A stretch of 64,000 nucleotides of DNA, from assembly GCA_009103225.1 (NCBI GenBank), contig RHPI01002503.1, positions 935,585-999,584 on the forward strand, read 5' to 3'. How positions within the stretch are numbered: position 1 is the stretch's first letter; every line of letters starts with the position of its first letter. The notes under the pieces were generated by a model, which searched no databases, was not told the DNA's origin, and worked only from the letters and a program-made list of their open reading frames with translations. Below, in pieces: positions 62,137-64,000 of the stretch. This stretch comes from Chlorokybus atmophyticus (lineage: Eukaryota; Plantae; Mesostigma and Chlorokybus algae). The position numbers were made by a program, and so were the translations under genes.

Positions 62137-64000
62137 ATGGCGGGAGCCATGGCAGAGGCTGTTGCAATGGAGGCGTCAGTTTCTGAAGTACCTGTCGCAG
62201 ATGCTGGCGACGCTGCGGCCGCAGCCGCCACCACTGCGGCACCAATTGACGTCTCATACGCCGCGCAGGGTGCGGAAGCTCAAAGCTATGCTGGTAAGAG
62301 TTGAATGTGTGTAACAGTCACTGCTGTGTCAGTTGAACGACAACTGGGGCTCGTGCGAGTACTGAAGCAGTTGCATTGTCAGCAAACCTTGCAAGTCACG
62401 CTGGCAAATCAACAACCAACACTGCCTGCATGTCCATGCACGCATTGCAGTTCTTCAACTTCACACAGCGTTATCAAGAACAACATTCCGTGTTGCAAGA
62501 CTGTGTCGTTGTGATTCACTTACATGGTTCTTTGATCTGCACAGCACAAGCCACTACTGCAGCTGCCACTGAGCCGGAGCCAACTCAGTTATCTGAATAT
62601 GATCAGTACTGGAACGTTGTGAAAGCAAATCCCGCAGACTTCAACACTTGGACACAGCTCATTGCTGTTGCTGAGCGGACGGTATGCCGGCTGTTCTCTA
62701 GCTAGTTATTCTTGCATTGTCTCGTCGTGCAGTCGCTTGATAGTTGTATCTACAGGGCGAGCTGGAAAAGATACGCGCAGTATTTGACGCATTCTTTGTG
62801 GACTACCCTCTCTGCTATGGCTACTGGAAGAAGTATGCGGATCATGAGTTGCACTTGGGTGCTCCAGACACTTCCGTGGGCTTGGCAAGGGCAGTTTACG
62901 AGCGTGCAGTGGTTGCGGTCGCGCACAGTGTGGATATCTGGACGCATTATTGCACCTTCCTGCTGGAAAAATCCGAAAACCAGGATGAGATCCGCAGGTA
63001 CGGAAGCCAGCTCATCTGGTAGCCAGTGGTGTTTGAGTCTAGGTGCATGCTTCCCCAACTGATCCGACTCACTTTGTTTTGAGCCTCTGAGATCGTGAAC
63101 GCAAGGGGGCATTACCTGCTACATACGGAGGCCTGTTCATCTTGCACCCAATCACAGTTTTGCATGCTCATGCGTCAAAGCATTGTTGGTGCTGCAAGCA
63201 TTGTTGGGCGTGTCCTGCCGTTGTCGGTAGATAACAACCATGAGGCTCGCATGCAAGCGGTCATGATGTTGGAGTGACGATGCCATTGGGCACATATGTG
63301 CAGACACATCTTCCCCTTGAGCACGTCCTGTCTCGAGAACCTTAGGGTTAACTGATGGAAGGTACCGTTTCTCGGTGAAGCCTTCGGTGTAAACCCTTTT
63401 GGCGAGCAGGCGTTGCATTCTCATGGCATGGCCATGAGGCAGGTTACCTGAATCATGGTGCTAATGTCTGTCTTTGCGTCCACGCAGTGCATTTGAGAAG
63501 GCGGCTGAAGTCATTGGCACGGACTATGTGTCACATATGTTTTGGGATAAGTACCTGGAGTACGTATTTTCGACGCAAGACTACCGGAGAGCAGCGGCAG
63601 TGTACACGCAGATCCTGCATATCCCTCTGCAGCAGCTGGATAGATACTGGACCAGGTAATACTGTGACCTTGCTATCTGCTTGCAGTGCAGGCTACGTGT
63701 GGCCAGAAGCTAACAATCTGTACCTGATTGGCAGCCTCAAGCAGTTCGCAACTTCCCGACCCTTGGAAGAGTTGCAAACGGCTGAGGAAGTTGCAGAGGC
63801 TGCAACAGCTGCTGCAGAAGTTGCTCCTTTTGAAGCGACAGCAGAGCTTACAGCTGACAACTCTGAAGTTGCTGATGGTGAAGCAGCAGCTGATGGTGCG
63901 ATTGCATCCAGTGCAAAGCCTTCTGAGCTGACAGACAAGGACAAATGGCTTGCTGTACGGGAAGCTATCTACCTGGCAACAAAGCAGGAGGATGCCAATA
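62137..64000 (+). CDS. PRP39: Pre-mRNA processing factor 39 (HAT repeats), 5' part, truncated by the window end
   Basis: YWNVVKANPADFNTWTQLI, IRAVFDAFFVDYPLCYGYWKKYADHE, VYERAVVAVAHSVDIWTHYC, FEKAAEVIGTDYVSHMFWDKYLEY. Confidence 0.95.

Overview
Eukaryotic nuclear DNA with spliceosomal GT/GC-AG introns and the standard code. The source is most likely a flagellate or zoosporic green alga (inference from plant-type Rab2, BLOS1 and NAA60, presence of DNAAF6, and the transposon types). All annotation is by manual translation and motif recall; no database searches were run. Two gene-dense arms flank a transposon island. Left arm (1-28 kb): an unknown multi-exon gene, TMEM45/DUF716, an ESRP/Fusilli-like protein (DEDD-like exonuclease plus four qRRMs), Rab2, EBP-like, DNAAF6/PIH1D3 and casein kinase 1. 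Right arm (56.5-64 kb): RRP1, NAA60, BLOS1 and PRP39 (truncated by the window). The island (about 29-55.6 kb) holds a decayed minus-strand Ty3/gypsy element encoding a C5 cytosine methyltransferase between protease and RT, with a PHD finger at the integrase end and a RING ORF just downstream. A young chromovirus (527-bp LTRs differing at 3 positions, CTAGT TSD) is inserted at its 5' side; its gag and pol are separated by one in-frame TAG and its pol starts with a degenerate N6-adenine-methyltransferase-like segment. The island also contains a truncated copy of the chromovirus and a decayed Helitron. Top leads: the methyltransferase-carrying retrotransposons, the ESRP-like fusion, and a probable bicistronic BLOS1-NAA60 unit (53 nt apart).
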